A stretch of DNA of 64,000 nt, taken from positions 128,156,001 to 128,220,000 of the forward strand of contig NW_024704742.1 of the NCBI RefSeq assembly GCF_018977255.1, written 5' to 3'. The stretch is from Callorhinchus milii. Its lineage: Eukaryota. Of this stretch, positions 25,730 to 38,766 are shown in pieces. Numbering within the stretch: position 1 is the stretch's first letter; every line of letters begins with the position of its first letter. Both the position numbers and the translations under genes were made by a program. The notes beneath the pieces are model-generated. The model was not told where the DNA came from. It saw only the letters and a program-made list of their open reading frames with translations, and did not search any database.

Positions 25730-26072
25730 TTGCACTCGCCTCGCAAACGGGAGACCTGGGTTCGATTCCCAGAAAGGTGAAACGTTGGGCAAGTTTCCTT
25801 ACTCCACATGCCTCTGTTTACCGAGCAGTAGGTTGTAACTTGTTTGTGAATTGATTGGTGGATCACTTTTCCTGGGATAATAATCCCTTAAAAAAATTGG
25901 TCACTCAATCCACAACTGTTTGTGGGGCACTGCTGTGTGCAATTGGCTGCTGTGTTTGGTCCACAAAATATACAATCAGTTCACTTTACAGTATATTCTA
26001 TGAAGTGCTTTGAGATGTCTCAGCGATGTGATAAGATGCTATATTATTATATCAAATGCAAGGATTATTATT
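25730..26072 (+). mobile_element. tRNA-derived SINE, long form
   Basis: GCACTCGCCTCGCAA...GGTTCGATTCC B box, central block, tail. Confidence 0.85.
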
Positions 26073-27559
26073 CAATCAAATCCTTGCATTTGATATACCA
26101 AGTATCACATCATCAAATTCAAGGATTATTATATTGGACTTTTAGTGTGTGGGTTATTGGTTTAACTAGAGTTAGAGTTAAGGTATGGATTGAACTTCTG
26201 GGTATTTGACTGCCCCTTAGGCCTTGGCAGCTTCCTATTGTTGTGGTAACCAGAATTGTATTCAGTATTCCAACATTTAATAAAACACTGAACTGCATCT
26301 GCCACTTATCTGCTCTTTGTGTTAGCCTATATCATGTCAGTCTTTCCCATTCCTCGTCCAAATTGGGCATGCCACCCAAAATAGTATCATCAGTATTGTT
26401 TCCTTAATTTCTCATTTCAGATAATTTCAGTGAACAACAGCCCCAAAACACATTCCTGCAGAACATCACTAATTTGGCAACGTAGTCCAGCCTCCTGGTT
26501 GCTTTGTTTGTTCCTCCCTGCCATTGTTTGGGCATCGCAGCCTTCATGTTACAAGATCAGTCATCAGTTGTCAATCTTCCTCGCTGGTGGAGTAAGGTGT
26601 ACATTCTTCATTTTTGCACCGAGTATCCAAAACACACAGGGCTTCACACATGAACAACCAACCTCATGGGGATGAATTACAGTTCCGAGTGATCACTCCA
26701 ACATGTTCTTGCTTATGTGCCCAGCAGGAAATATGGGTTTCCTGCCGCATGCTGTAAATTCAAGCTATTGTGCAGGAAAGACAGATTTATGCAAGTTCAA
26801 ACCAAGCGAATCTGGTCTAGTTCTGATCAAAATACTCAAATTAAACAGACATAGATTTCTGGTCTAGATTTGTGCTTACTTCCAACAACTATAATAATCA
26901 TGTCATGATAAGCCATGATCATACTTTTCTGCAAGTGGCCATGGGGTAAAAAGTAGAGTGGAAATGTGAGATTTCAAACCAGATTCAGTGTGATAATTGT
27001 TACATTGATTATGTTATTAAATGTCTCATATTTCACCCTGCAACACAAATGTCAACGTGGCTCAGTCAGCAGCTTTCTTGCCTCTGGGTGAGAATGGTGT
27101 TGTGTTGGTGTTTCGTCCATGTGACCTTATTCTGCGTTAGTCCATCATATAATGATAGCATGGAAGCAGGTCATTCACTCCAAGTCTCTGCTTTTTTTTC
27201 TCTCTCTCCACATGAGTCAACCCTTTTAACCTCATTCTCCTGCTTGCTCTAACCGTCTTGTTGGGCTGAATGGCCTGCTTCCATATTGTCATTTCATGCT
27301 ATCATTCTATATATAGCATCCAACTAATTGCCTCATTGCCTCAATAATGATTATTGCACAAGGCTTGCTGAGTACAATGCGTCCCATATCCCAATTTCTA
27401 TGTTAGAATATAACACTCTTCATAGAATACAGTGGTAGATCCTCTTTATAATAGGTAGTGTGAACTTTTCAATTTATTCTGGAGCACTGAAACTGCCTAC
27501 ATTGCTCTGAAATGCTAAATTCAACACTTTCCCCTTAGTATGGAATAAGGAATAAACCT

Positions 27560-28260
27560 AGCAACAGTTTACATTTATGTAGGATTTTCACATCAGGTGG
27601 ATGTCTCAAATTGCTTCACTTAGTTGATTGGAAGCATGACTGGGAACGGACAGAGATGAGGAGGTTGGAGGGTGGTGAAAGTCAGCAAAAGAGTAGTTGA
27701 AAAGATGGGTCTTAAAGGTTAGCTTTAAAGGCGGGGATGGAGGGTCAAGGCACAAGACCTCTAGGATGGAGTTCCAGAAAATGGGGACAGAATGGCTGAA
27801 ATCCTGTCCAGTAGTGGAGGGGTCGGACCGGACAGAGGGCTTAAAGCAGGCCAGTGTTCACTGAGTGGAGTGAATGGCTGGGGTGGTAGGGTTACAGGTG
27901 GTATATACGGCAGGTCACATAAGTAGTGAGGGGCGAAGATTTGGAGGGGTTTTAATATGCGTATAAGGTGTTTGAATTGAAACTACTGGAAAATAGAGAG
28001 CTCAGTGGAGAAAGGGGTGATAGGCTTGCTGTGCCTGGAGGGGGAGAGGAAATCACTCTGAGAGGGAGCGAGCATCCATGCAGATTCATGCGGTCAGAGC
28101 TTGAGGTGAGAAGGTGCTGATGAGAGCCAAGGAGAAGAGTTTCGGTCTTGCTTGCCTTTAGTTGTTGAAAGTTAGAACTCATCCAGAGTTTGATGACTGA
28201 CAGGCAATCAGTCAGAGCAGCAGTAGTTGCGTAATCGAGACCAGAGGCAGAGAGATAAGA
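27560..28260 (-). mobile_element. Old L2 fragments (3' end plus RT thumb region)
   Basis: LTDCLSVIKLWMSSNFQQLKASKTETLLLG matches the L2 motif WMxxNFLQLNxxKTE; 3' end near 27560-27900. Confidence 0.7.
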
Positions 28261-28864
28261 GTCATCTCGGCTAAGAATAAATAAGTAAGATGAAGCAAGA
28301 AAGAAGAGATGACCCAAACACATGGAGAATCTTCTAAAAAGCTATGTAGTTGATGACATAGATCTTAAGAGATACAATCACCAGTGATGTCCCATAAATA
28401 ACTTTTGCTGCCCAACAATTTTGCAGACAATCAATTGCTTTGCTGCAAAGCATATCCAATTTAAAATAAGTGTTTCGGGAGAATGACGCTCCTCCGTTCA
28501 GTGGTGAGTGCAATTTATAAGTAAGTGCTATATGTCTAAGGATTCATTTATTTCTGCTTAGTAAAGCCGGTCTAACCATGCATATTGCTTCAGACACCGA
28601 TTTCAATGAAATGCAGCTATGGTCAACTGTGATTTTCACACTCCCTTTTAAGAAGAACGCAAGCTAAATCGAACCTCACCATTGGTGTGGTGATGCACTA
28701 AATGTGATAGCAAAATCTCGATCGTGGTTTATCAGCAAAAAGAAACTTAGAGAGCAATCATGTTTAAATGGATGTCTATAAAAATAAGAGGAAGGCTAAG
28801 AGGATAAATAGATAAGAGTGTAGCATTTAAAATAAATCTCTATGGAACCGTTTACATTTATAGT

Positions 28865-29105
28865 ATCATAGAATCATACAGCACAGAAGGAGGCCATTCG
28901 GCCCATCGAGTCTGTGCCGGCTCTTTGAAAAGAGCTATCCAATTCAATCCCATTCCCCTGCTCCCTCCTCATAGACCTGCAAACTTGTCCTCCCCAAATA
29001 GTTATTTACTTCTCTCTTAAAAGTTGGCTTCTACCACCCTTTCAGCCAATGAATTCCAGATCCAAACAATTCACTATGTGAAAAAGATTCTGCTTACCTA
29101 CCTTC
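28865..29105 (-). mobile_element. CR1-clade LINE 3' end
   Basis: ATCATAGAATCATACAGCACAGAAGGAGGCCATTCGGCCCATCGAGTCTGTGCCGGCTC, a typical CR1 terminus. Confidence 0.85.
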
Positions 29106-29625
29106 TGTTTGTCAGTTGTCATTGTCGGTTTTACATTTGGAAAACTGTTTGCTATTGAAATAAACATCTCTCCCCAAATGAGGCATTTCAGGAAGCAAGT
29201 GGAGCACTTACTCGGTTTAATAGGAGACTACTCTTCAGTCAGTAATGCTCACATTCCGGCCTGTCAATCATCATGCTAAGAGAACTAATGTTTTTCTTCT
29301 TTTAAAAAAAACGACAGGAAAGTTCAAGGTCATGGAGCCTAGTGGGGAGAAATTCAACCTGCATCTTGATTTATTTTATTTATGTAACGTTTTAAGGAAG
29401 CCAGAATTTTGCAAGTTTTTGAATTTTGGTCTGAACTTTGAAGTCATTTTTCTGTAGCTCTTCAAAGAACATGTGGAAACCTGATTTCAAGATAAAAACC
29501 ATGTTTGCCAATTCTAGCTGCTCTAAAATGCTACACTGAGGTGGAATTTTCCCCTTCAGATGCCACGATATGTGTCTGGGGTAGGAGGGTGTGTAGGATC
29601 GGGGAAGATTTGGAGGTGGAGATGT

Positions 29626-29975
29626 GGAGTCCTGTAGCATAATGGTTAGCACCCAAACAAGACGGGCTGGGTTTGATTCCTGTGCTGGACGAAATCTCAG
29701 GCAAGTTTCCTTACTCCACACACCTCTGTTTACCTAGCAGTAAGAAGGAATCTGGTTGTTAGTGGATTGTCAGATTGCTTTCCAGAGGTAATACTCCCCT
29801 AAAAAAATTTGGTCACTCAATCCACAACTGTTTGTGGGACACTGCTGTGCGCAATTGGCTTCTGTGTTTTGCCTAAAAATACACAATTAATCCAATTTAC
29901 AATAAATTCTGTGATGCACTTTGAGATGTCTCAACGACATGATGAAGCATGATATCAAATGTAAGCATTAATATA
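29626..29975 (+). mobile_element. tRNA-derived SINE, long form
   Basis: GGAGTCCTGTAGCATAATGGTTAG head, central block, tail. Confidence 0.85.
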
Positions 29976-30569
29976 TTATATAGATTTAGTGATCACAGCG
30001 AATACTGGCTTTGGACAAAATAAAGTGATGCTAGAATTTTTATTTTAGAAACACGAATTTGACAAATCGGAACAACTTTAGTAAAAAAAATTTGGTTTAG
30101 TTATTGATGGGGCTTTAAAAATTGCTGGAATTCCTACCTGCATTTTTTATAGCAACACTGACAATATCAGACTTTATTGGGATTTGGCATTAAATGAAAT
30201 AAATAGTAACCCTTCTACTACATTTGATTTAGCCTCTTTCACGTTGGGAGGATGACTCAAAGGGTTTCACAGGATTTACTGTTCAGTGTGGTGGGTGGGT
30301 ATTTTGTAGGTGAACACAGCAGCCAATTTGCACACAGCTGTGTTCAACAAGGTGTCATGAAATGACTGATCAATTTTAACTGAGATATTATTGACCAGAC
30401 ACCAGGAGAAACTCCCTTCTCTTTTCAAACAGTACTATGGGATCTTTAATATTAATAGTGCTATGGGATCTTTAATATCCACCGGAACAGGTCCTTGAGT
30501 TAAAGCTTTATCTTGAAGGATGGTGCCTAAAGGTTGTAGGGAGAGGAGAGGTTCCTCCTCCATCATATT

Positions 30570-30945
30570 AATAATAATAATCCTTGCATTTGATATAGAG
30601 CCTTATCACGTCTTCAAGATGTCTCAAAATACTTCACAGAATATACTGTCAAGTGAATTGACTGTATATTTTGTGGGCAAATCATGACAGCCAATTGCGC
30701 ACAGTAGTGTCCCACAAACAGTCATAGATTGAAGTGACCAATTTATTATTCTTATTCTTTTTTGAAGGAATTATTACCCTCAGAAAAAAGCGATCCACCA
30801 ATCAACTAACAACCGGGCTGCTACTTACTGCTCGGTGACCAGAAGGGTGTGGAATAAGGAAACTTGCCTAAGGTTTTACCCTGACCGGGAATCAAACCCG
30901 TTTCCTCTTGCTTGTGAGGTGGGTGCTCTAATCAATATACTACAG
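30570..30945 (-). mobile_element. tRNA-derived SINE, long form
   Basis: Reverse-complement tail, central block and head; preceded by a DeuSINE-like copy at 30215-30530. Confidence 0.85.
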
Positions 30946-33539
30946 AAAATTAGCAGTGGAAAAAATTGGCAAGAAATTGTTCAGTTTAAAAATAGGACAT
31001 TGTGTTCTATTAAACTTCTCACAATGAAATGTAGCAGCTTCGTGAACATGGGAATGGTTGAATTTATAAGACTGTAACATTTCATACTTTGTATAAAATG
31101 CCACTAAAAACGCATCATTACAAGTGACAATTCAGGAGATAGAGCAGTAGCTCCAGTGCAAAGTGTTCCTCATGATCAAAACAATATGGTTCAAACTGAT
31201 TTTGGAGCAAGCTAAGGCTGGTTGATTAAGCAACTTGGGAACTGAAAACTTGCCAGGCAAATGACGATAGCCTGTTAGTTAATACACAATTTCCTTTTTT
31301 CACTTCACAAATGGACCGCTGCTTCAGACATATTCACTGAACTCTGTGGTGTTTCAAAATAGATCTCAAGAGCGTAACATCTATTTTATAAAGTAAACAT
31401 TCATAGCCACCAGAGAGTGACCTGAATGGGCCGTTTTGTTGGCTAATACATTTGTTCCACACCGTTTCTAATCTCTTCAGTAAAGAAAAGAATGGTGCTG
31501 AAATACAATTGCTTGTTCTGTTGAATAAATCCTCCCGGTGCTCCAAGCAGATTTTCACTCCGCACTCAAGTTGCAAGAACATTAACGACACTTCGCCATG
31601 TTATAACTTAGCAAACGTAACATTCCTGTTCACAAAATTAAAGCAATTTTAAGAATTGCTGCTTCCTAATCCTCGATCTTCAATCATCCTTCATTGTTGA
31701 ACCCAGCGGAAGAGCAGAAAGAGACCAAGGAGAATTGGACCGTCATACTACCACCTTAGGAAAGGATTTTTTTTAAGCTGGAAATGACTCGAAGGATTTA
31801 GTAATAGGAGAAGATTGCATTCCTGGATTGCTTGGGCCCTTAGGGCTGTCTCAGGATTGCCTGCAGTGAGAGCAGATTATCACAGCAGGCATGAGCTAGC
31901 CTGTGTAGCAAAAGTCTTGATAGAGTTGGCAGAGATTGCTGCATATTTCTGTGTCACTCTGAGTGACAGCCACAGGATGAAACAGCGGAATTGTCTTTTC
32001 AACCCACCCTGTGCCACAGGAGCCATTTCTGAATGCAAGTGTGGCATGAAGCTGCTTCCAAAGCCAAAACAACCAGCTGCTTATCGCACTGTCGATCTGA
32101 AATCTGACCCGGTAGCTGAAAGCTTTGCACCAGTCTGCAAGCTAATTTTAGGTTAGAATGAAACACTCCTTGCATAGATCTAACCAGCAGCACAACCTCA
32201 GAATCTTTCATCGAGAAAGCCATTTGATGATTGAAATCATGTGAAATGCACATCACTGCAATTCCGCTTGTGTATATCTGCCCACTCTGACACTGTGGCT
32301 GGCAGATACCCAGTTTAAGAAACAAGCGCTACTGAGAGCTGGACGTATACAAAATTGAACAGCTAACAACCGGGCAAGTGATAGGATTCAGTACATTATG
32401 GTGGTTCTGGACTTTCATGAAAACATTACAATACAGTAACCTGCTCCTTTCCTTTTGAATGTTTTTGACATCAAAAATGAGAGCAAAATGCTTTTAAAGG
32501 CTATGTACCAGAAATTAAATTGTCAAGGTCAGAAGGATTTCATCACATGTAAACTTATTTATTTTTAAGTTGAATTTATCTTTTTTATGTTCCTTCAATA
32601 TCATAATTTGTCATCTCTCGTGGCCTGGTTGGGTTGGAAGACTCACTTGAGGCTTCTGACACCAATTGCAAGTTCAGAAAACAGCCTCTCTGTAATCAGT
32701 TACATGATTGTGGCCAAACGCAAACTGAGATTAAGATTGAGTTGGTGCGGTATCAGAAGAATATATTTGGAAAGGCAATTTTCAATACTCAGAAATAATC
32801 AATTGCGTAGGGTGTTTGGGCACCTACAAAGTACAGTCACTGCACATTACCGTAAATCCTTGAAGTGTTTGAGACATCCTCCCGATATGAAAGGCGCTAT
32901 ATCAAATGCAAGGGATATTATTTTTGCTTGTTATTATTCACAAGTCAGGGGGAGAATATCCCCAAACATAGAGTAATGACTTTCTTTAAATAAGCAATGG
33001 AATATGTTTAGAAATACCGCAATTTTGGCCCCAATAACTTTGCTTTACTTCGCAAAACGTTGTTTTACGAGTATTGATCCAGTGGAGGTTACAGGGATTT
33101 TTATTCACAGAATTGCTGTTAGGGAAGGAGAGGAGACAGAGCCTGCAAAGAAAACATTGTATTGTACACGTCCGGAACAGACCATTGAGATCGCTTCTGG
33201 CTGGTCCCAAAGATAAAAGAAAAAATTCTGCACTGTTCTATCTGTCAAGCCCCTCAATCGATTTCTTTGTTGGATAACTATCCACTGTAATTCCCTCTTG
33301 AATTTGCTGACACAATCTGCCTCCACTCTCTCTCTCTGGATAGCCTATCCCACATATTTACTGCTCTCTGTGTAATTAAATTGTGACACTGCTTGCAGTT
33401 GAAGAGCCATGCTGGAGCTGTCAGAAAGTGAAAGAGGAGGGAATGATCTGGCTTTTGATCCACCTCTCTTGCTCTCTGCCCCCTCATTCCCCCCCCATCC
33501 ACCCCCCCCCTCCGCCGCCGCCCCCTACACACACACATC

Positions 33540-33925
33540 CAACTGCAAGACAGCACAGCCAAGCTGAAGACTCTCCCGCCAATGGTGGGTCGGGGGATGT
33601 GGAGCAGGCCGGAGCCAGCTGAGCGGAGGGAGTGGGCGGATTGGTAGGGGGTTAGGAGGTTGCAGAGGTAGGGTGGGGCGAGGCCATGGAGGGTTTTGTA
33701 GGTGAGGACCAGGATTTTGAACTGAATCCTCTGAAGGATAGGGAGCCAATGCAGTCGGGCGAGAGTGGGGAAGATGGGGGTCACGGAGTTTGGTGCGGGA
33801 CAGGACCGGGCCCCAGAGTTCTGGATTATCTGCAGCCTGTGGAGGGAGGAGTTGGGAAGACCGACAAGTAGGGCATTTGCATAGTTGAGCCTGGAGGTGA
33901 TAAAGGCATAAACAAGAGTTTCAGC
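33540..33925 (-). mobile_element. L2 ORF2 C-terminal fragment
   Basis: TPIFPTLARLHWLPILQRIQFKILVLTYKTLHGLAPPYL. Confidence 0.9.
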
Positions 33926-33989
33926 TTTACAATGGGGTAAAGTTTGTGGCAGTTCTTAATGTTAATGTTAGTTGGCTCAAGGAATGTAG

Positions 33990-34258
33990 CTTTTTTTTGG
34001 TCAGTTGGGTACAGAAACGCACTGCCATTCTTAAGAGTATTCAGATCAGACTGAGAGTTCAACCTATGTACATCACCAACACATGGAAATTTTCCTGTGT
34101 CTGGAATGGAACATGCACTCTGTACCTGGAGAGACTCACCATGATTACCTAATTCTGGAGAGTATTAAGTGCAGGTTGAGGACCCCACATTGTGCATTAG
34201 GACACCTGTTAGGGCAGGGTTAACAAGAGCCGAGTGGGAAAAGTTCTGGCTCCCAGTA
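33990..34258 (-). mobile_element. Unclassified repeat 'family X', copy 1 (internal deletion)
   Basis: TTAAGAGTAT...ACTGAGAGTTC...ACCTAATTC...GCAGGGTTAACAAGAGCCGAGTGGGA shared with three other copies. Confidence 0.75.
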
Positions 34259-34321
34259 ATGTATCACGAAATTCACTCCAATGACTGCATTAGTCAGTGA
34301 CATACCAAGCTGCCTATCAGA

Positions 34322-34560
34322 CAGGGCGAAACCTTGGGCAAGTTTCCTTACTCCACACGCCTAATAATAATCCCTCCAAAAAACAAAAATCAATAATAAA
34401 TTGAATTTCAATCCACGACTGTTTGTGGGACACTGCTGTCCGAGTATTGCCCACAAATTTATGGTCAATTCACTTTACAGCATATTCTGTGAAGCGCCTT
34501 AAGATGTCTAGAAGATGTGAAAAGCACTATATCAAATGCAAGGATTATTATTATTATTAT
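34322..34560 (+). mobile_element. tRNA-derived SINE, short form, 5'-truncated
   Basis: CAGGGCGAAACCTTGGGCAAGTTTCCTTACTCCACACGCCTAATAATAATCCC...tail. Confidence 0.85.
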
Positions 34561-35384
34561 AGAGGTGATTTTATGTCGAGAAACTATTGATGTGGAAAGT
34601 CTCTAATAGACAGCTTAGTTCCATTAGATTAAAACAACCAAACAACAAAAAGGTTGAAAAATATTTTGGATTCACTGGCTGTGGTTTCAAAAGCAATAAC
34701 AGCACTCTTAAACCATCTTGTATCAATTTTACTTCTTGATTGTTAGGATTTCTTTACTCGTATTATTTCACTGACAACTTCAACCTTTTCAATTACAACA
34801 AAAAATGTGTTGTCAGAAAAACCTAAGGGATTATCTCCAAAGTTCTTACTCACACATCAAATGAATAGTATAGTGTTTAATCAGAGTTCAAATTCACCTC
34901 CAAATGCCCCCAAAGAAGGCAATAAAATGTGTATTTTGTATTTTACAAAACTGTGTAAGGAGATTACATTTCTCCCAGAATACTGAAGTGACAGATTTAT
35001 TTCACATATTTCAGTATATTTTATTTTAAGATTGTATAATGTAGAAGTAGCTAGGTGAAGTAAAGCAATACTAATACTCCTTACATTTGATATAATGCCC
35101 TATCACGTCATCAAGATGTCTCAAAGTGCTTCACAGAGTATATTATAAAGTGAATTGACTGTATATTTTATGGGGGTTACCATGTCAAAACATTTCAAAT
35201 ACAAGAGGCTAATTTACATATTTTGCACCTTTCTCATTGGAAGGACGCCTCGAGGAGCTTAATAGTCCTGGTTTGGCACCAGAGCTAGGGTTGGGAGTTG
35301 AGAGGTGGGTGGGATGGCAAAGATGACTGATGGTGTGGGTGAAAAGGTAGGTGTTGAGACACAGCATGAAAGAGGTTAGAGAGG

Positions 35385-35750
35385 GATTTGTGTTTTTGCT
35401 TAGCTGGGTGGCTGGCACATGCTTAAGAGTATCCAAACCAAACTGAGAATTCCATGAATCCCAACTACACATGGAAATTCCAGGGATGGATTGCACACTG
35501 GAGTAACGCATCTTGCTCATCTAATTCCGGAAGTTATTAGGTGCAGGTAGGTAAGAACCAAGACTTGGACCCCAGAATGTGGATTGGGGTAACTGCTGAA
35601 GTCCAACCAGCTCGAATCGCATAGCTTGCACTTGATATGGCTATCTGGTAAGCTTTCCCACTGCTTATTCAGCTTTGGACCACCCTACCTATTCAGCCTT
35701 TGGCTTGCAGGGTTAACAAGAGCTGAGTGGGATGATTCCCTGCCCCAAGT
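35385..35750 (-). mobile_element. Unclassified repeat 'family X', copy 2, inserted in an old L2 3' fragment
   Basis: Flanks 35208-35385 and 35750-35850 are colinear halves of an L2 3' end. Confidence 0.75.
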
Positions 35751-35964
35751 AACAGGATGGAGTTCCAGAAAATGAGGACGGATAGGCTGAAAACCCAACT
35801 GCCTTTCTGGTGGAGCAGAAAGGGGCGGGGGATATGAAGCAGGCTGGTGCCAATGTGGGGGTTGCTGCCCAGGAATAATGGCAGAAACTCCATTGCCTTT
35901 TTGAAAAGGGACATTTGTGTCTTTAACACAGCCTCAATAGGCAGACAGGAACTTTGTTTAGAAA

Positions 35965-36330
35965 CAGAAACGTAGAAACAGGTATAAGCCATTCAGCTCT
36001 TCGAGCCTGTTCCGCCATTCTATTGGATCATGGCTGATCTGTACCTCAAGTCCAATTACCTGCCTTAGCCCTATATCCCTTAATACCTTGATCTAACAAA
36101 TGTCTATCCACCTCAGTCTGGAAGATGTGAATGGATCCAGCATCCACAACCTTTTGGGGGAGAGACTTCCAGATTTCCATTACCCTTTGGGTGAAAAACT
36201 GCCTCCTAATTTCACTCCTAAATGGCCAAGCTCTAATTTTAAGATTATGCTCCCCTTGTTCTGGGTTCCCCTAGCAGAGGAAATAGTTTCTCTGTATCGA
36301 CTCTATCAAATCCCTTTATTACTTTAAGAT
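35965..36330 (-). mobile_element. CR1-clade LINE 3' end
   Basis: AAGCCATTCAGCTCTTCGAGCCTGTTCCGCCATTC...GATCATGGCTGATC terminus; TTCCAGATTTCC...GGGTGAAAAA ORF2 end. Confidence 0.85.
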
Positions 36331-38441
36331 ACCAGGAGCGGCATTTCATACAATGCAGCACCTCAACTTCTTTGAGATTTGGCTGAGTTACAAACCTGAT
36401 TTCTATGGAGTCAATGAATCAATTGATTCCTGGTTCAGAAAAAGGAGCTTGGAATCGAATCAAGGCTCTCGAGACCTAATTTATAGTCCTGTAACCTAAT
36501 TTATGCTTTCAGTGCTAACTCAATGCAAACACAGCATTTAATTAATGCTAACTGCTGCATAAATCGGGCATTACTGCCAATTCAGGCTGAATTGTAGACA
36601 TTCTCACTCACCAGGAACCGCCTGAAAAGGCTGAAACTGATTTCATTTAGGTTTTTATAGCTGGAGAGAAAAAAGCTTTCATCCTGTTTATCAGGCCTTC
36701 ATTATGAAAAATAACAATTAAGAATCCTTGCATTTGGTACAGCACCTTAATATGTCACCAACATGTCTCAAAGCACTTCACAGGATTTGTTGTAAAGTGC
36801 AGTAACTGTATTTTTGTAGGTGAACACAACAGTCAATTTGCACACAACAATGTTCCACAAAAAGCCATAATGTGATCGACCAATTTTATCTGGGGATTGT
36901 TGGTCAGGACACTGGGGAGAAATTCCCTTCTCTTTTCCAGTCCAGAAATCTAGTATAGTAAAAGATTCACGGATCAAATCACTGTTCCAACCGTTACTCA
37001 GAACTGACAGCTTGCACCTACTTAAACCACAGCACTTGTTAATCAAGACTTGACAATGTTGAACTTATTGGAATTTTTTTAAAAAAAGGTGTTTTTCCTG
37101 ATGTCCTGGCCAATAATCATCTAGGTCACTCATTTCATGGCTGTTTATGGGACATTTTTGTGTGTAAATTCTTATTTAATCAAAAGACTTTGAATTTCCA
37201 CTAAATATATTTTAGACAGGATAAAAAGTAACTAGATAACTGCAGTTATCCTTCCGTTTTACTAACTTTAAAGTCATTTACACAACATCACTGGTCATTC
37301 ATTTCATGGCTATTAGTGGGACATTGCAAATTGACTGTTGCATTCATGTTTTCGAGACATCTCAAAGTGCTTCACAGAATATACTCTAAAGTGAATTGAC
37401 TGTATATTTTGTGATTCTCAGTAGATTACTTCCAAATATTCCTGGTATCTCAATTGCTGATATATTGGAGTAAGAGTGAATCAAAACTATTTTGGTGCAT
37501 TCTGAAGTATTTATCTGGGTTTAGTTTTTAATTCCCATCAAGTCATCTTCTCTCAAGACTGAAGAGCCTTAGCTTTTCTAGTCATGTCTAATGAAATTTA
37601 AGGACCATTACATTTATAAATTACACTCTGATGGCAAAGTGACGTAACATACGTCTATAGATTTATTTTCACATTTGATTGTGAACTCTGAAAACACACA
37701 ATGTGTTAGACCGACCTGAGACATCCTGAATGCAGTGGTAGGGGATTGCTTATCTCTCCTCAACAGTGCAGTCAGTCAGGGAAAAAGACTCTCTGTTCAA
37801 AGAGACTTCAGCGATAGCACTCCTAAAAAAATAGAAGAGAACGAGTGATCTACACTCCCATAAAACAATGTAGCACAAATATGTTTGTTCTTAAAAAGTG
37901 GTATATGATATTATAACACCGATGATATCACATTGACCAAAAAATGGCCAAGCGTTTAATAATGCCAGAGCTTGACATCGAGTCAGAAGAGAGGGAAGGT
38001 GACGATAGGCACGGTTGAAGAGAAAAGTCTTCAGGTGCAATCTGAAGACAGGCAAGGAGAAGGCAAGGCAGAAGGATTGAGGTAGGGAGTTCCAGAATTT
38101 CAAGACGTATTGGTGGAAAACATTTCCGCTGATGGTGGAGCGGAGGGGCTGACGGGTGTGCAGAAGGCACTATATAAGTGTCAATTGTTGTAAGCATCCC
38201 AATTGATTCTGCCTCTACAGCCATCCATGACACTACATTCAACTTTCTCCCAACTTTTGTTTGTATAAATAATCTGTTTTCTGTTTTCACTCTAACCAGT
38301 TTAGCTGTAATCTCAGCACTTTGGGGGTGAAATTTGCAGTATTATTTAATGCATTCTATGTGATTATTACTCCGAAATGTGCTCATTTCATCATTTCATC
38401 CCTAGATTTCTTCTTGTATGGGAATTAAACCAAGTACTCGT

Positions 38442-38766
38442 GGAGTCCTGTAGCTCAGTGGTTAGAGCACTCACTTTGCAAGCGAGAGACCTGAGTTCAA
38501 TTCCAGGCAGGGCGAAACCTTGGGCAAGTTTCCTTACTCCACACGCCTAATAATAATCCCTCCAAAAAAACAAAACAATAATAAAAATTGGTCATTTTCA
38601 ATCTACGACTGTTTGTGGGACATTGCTGTGCGCAATTGACTGCCGCGTTCGCCCACAAATATACAGTCAATTCACTTTACAGTGTGTTCTGTGAAGCGCT
38701 TTGGGACGTCCTCCCGATGTGAAAAGCGCTATATCAAATGCAAGGATTATTATTATATTATTATTA
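38442..38766 (+). mobile_element. tRNA-Ala-derived SINE, short form, full length, young
   Basis: A box TAGCTCAGTGG, anticodon-like loop TTTGCAA (TGC), B box AGTTCAATTCC, L2-like 3' end, (ATT)n. Confidence 0.92.

Noticed and set aside
31815..32325. Overlapping 113-aa and 108-aa ORFs in unique sequence
   Set aside because: No recognisable domain or convincing splice boundaries; lengths are compatible with chance
36606..36640. 10-nt minus-strand microexon (TTTTCAG|GCGGTTCCTG|GTGAGT)
   Set aside because: Very short, not frame-preserving, plausible by chance in 64 kb
38442..38510. tRNA-Ala-like sequence (and the similar heads elsewhere) as tRNA genes
   Set aside because: No complete acceptor stem or T-run terminator; each continues into a SINE body and tail
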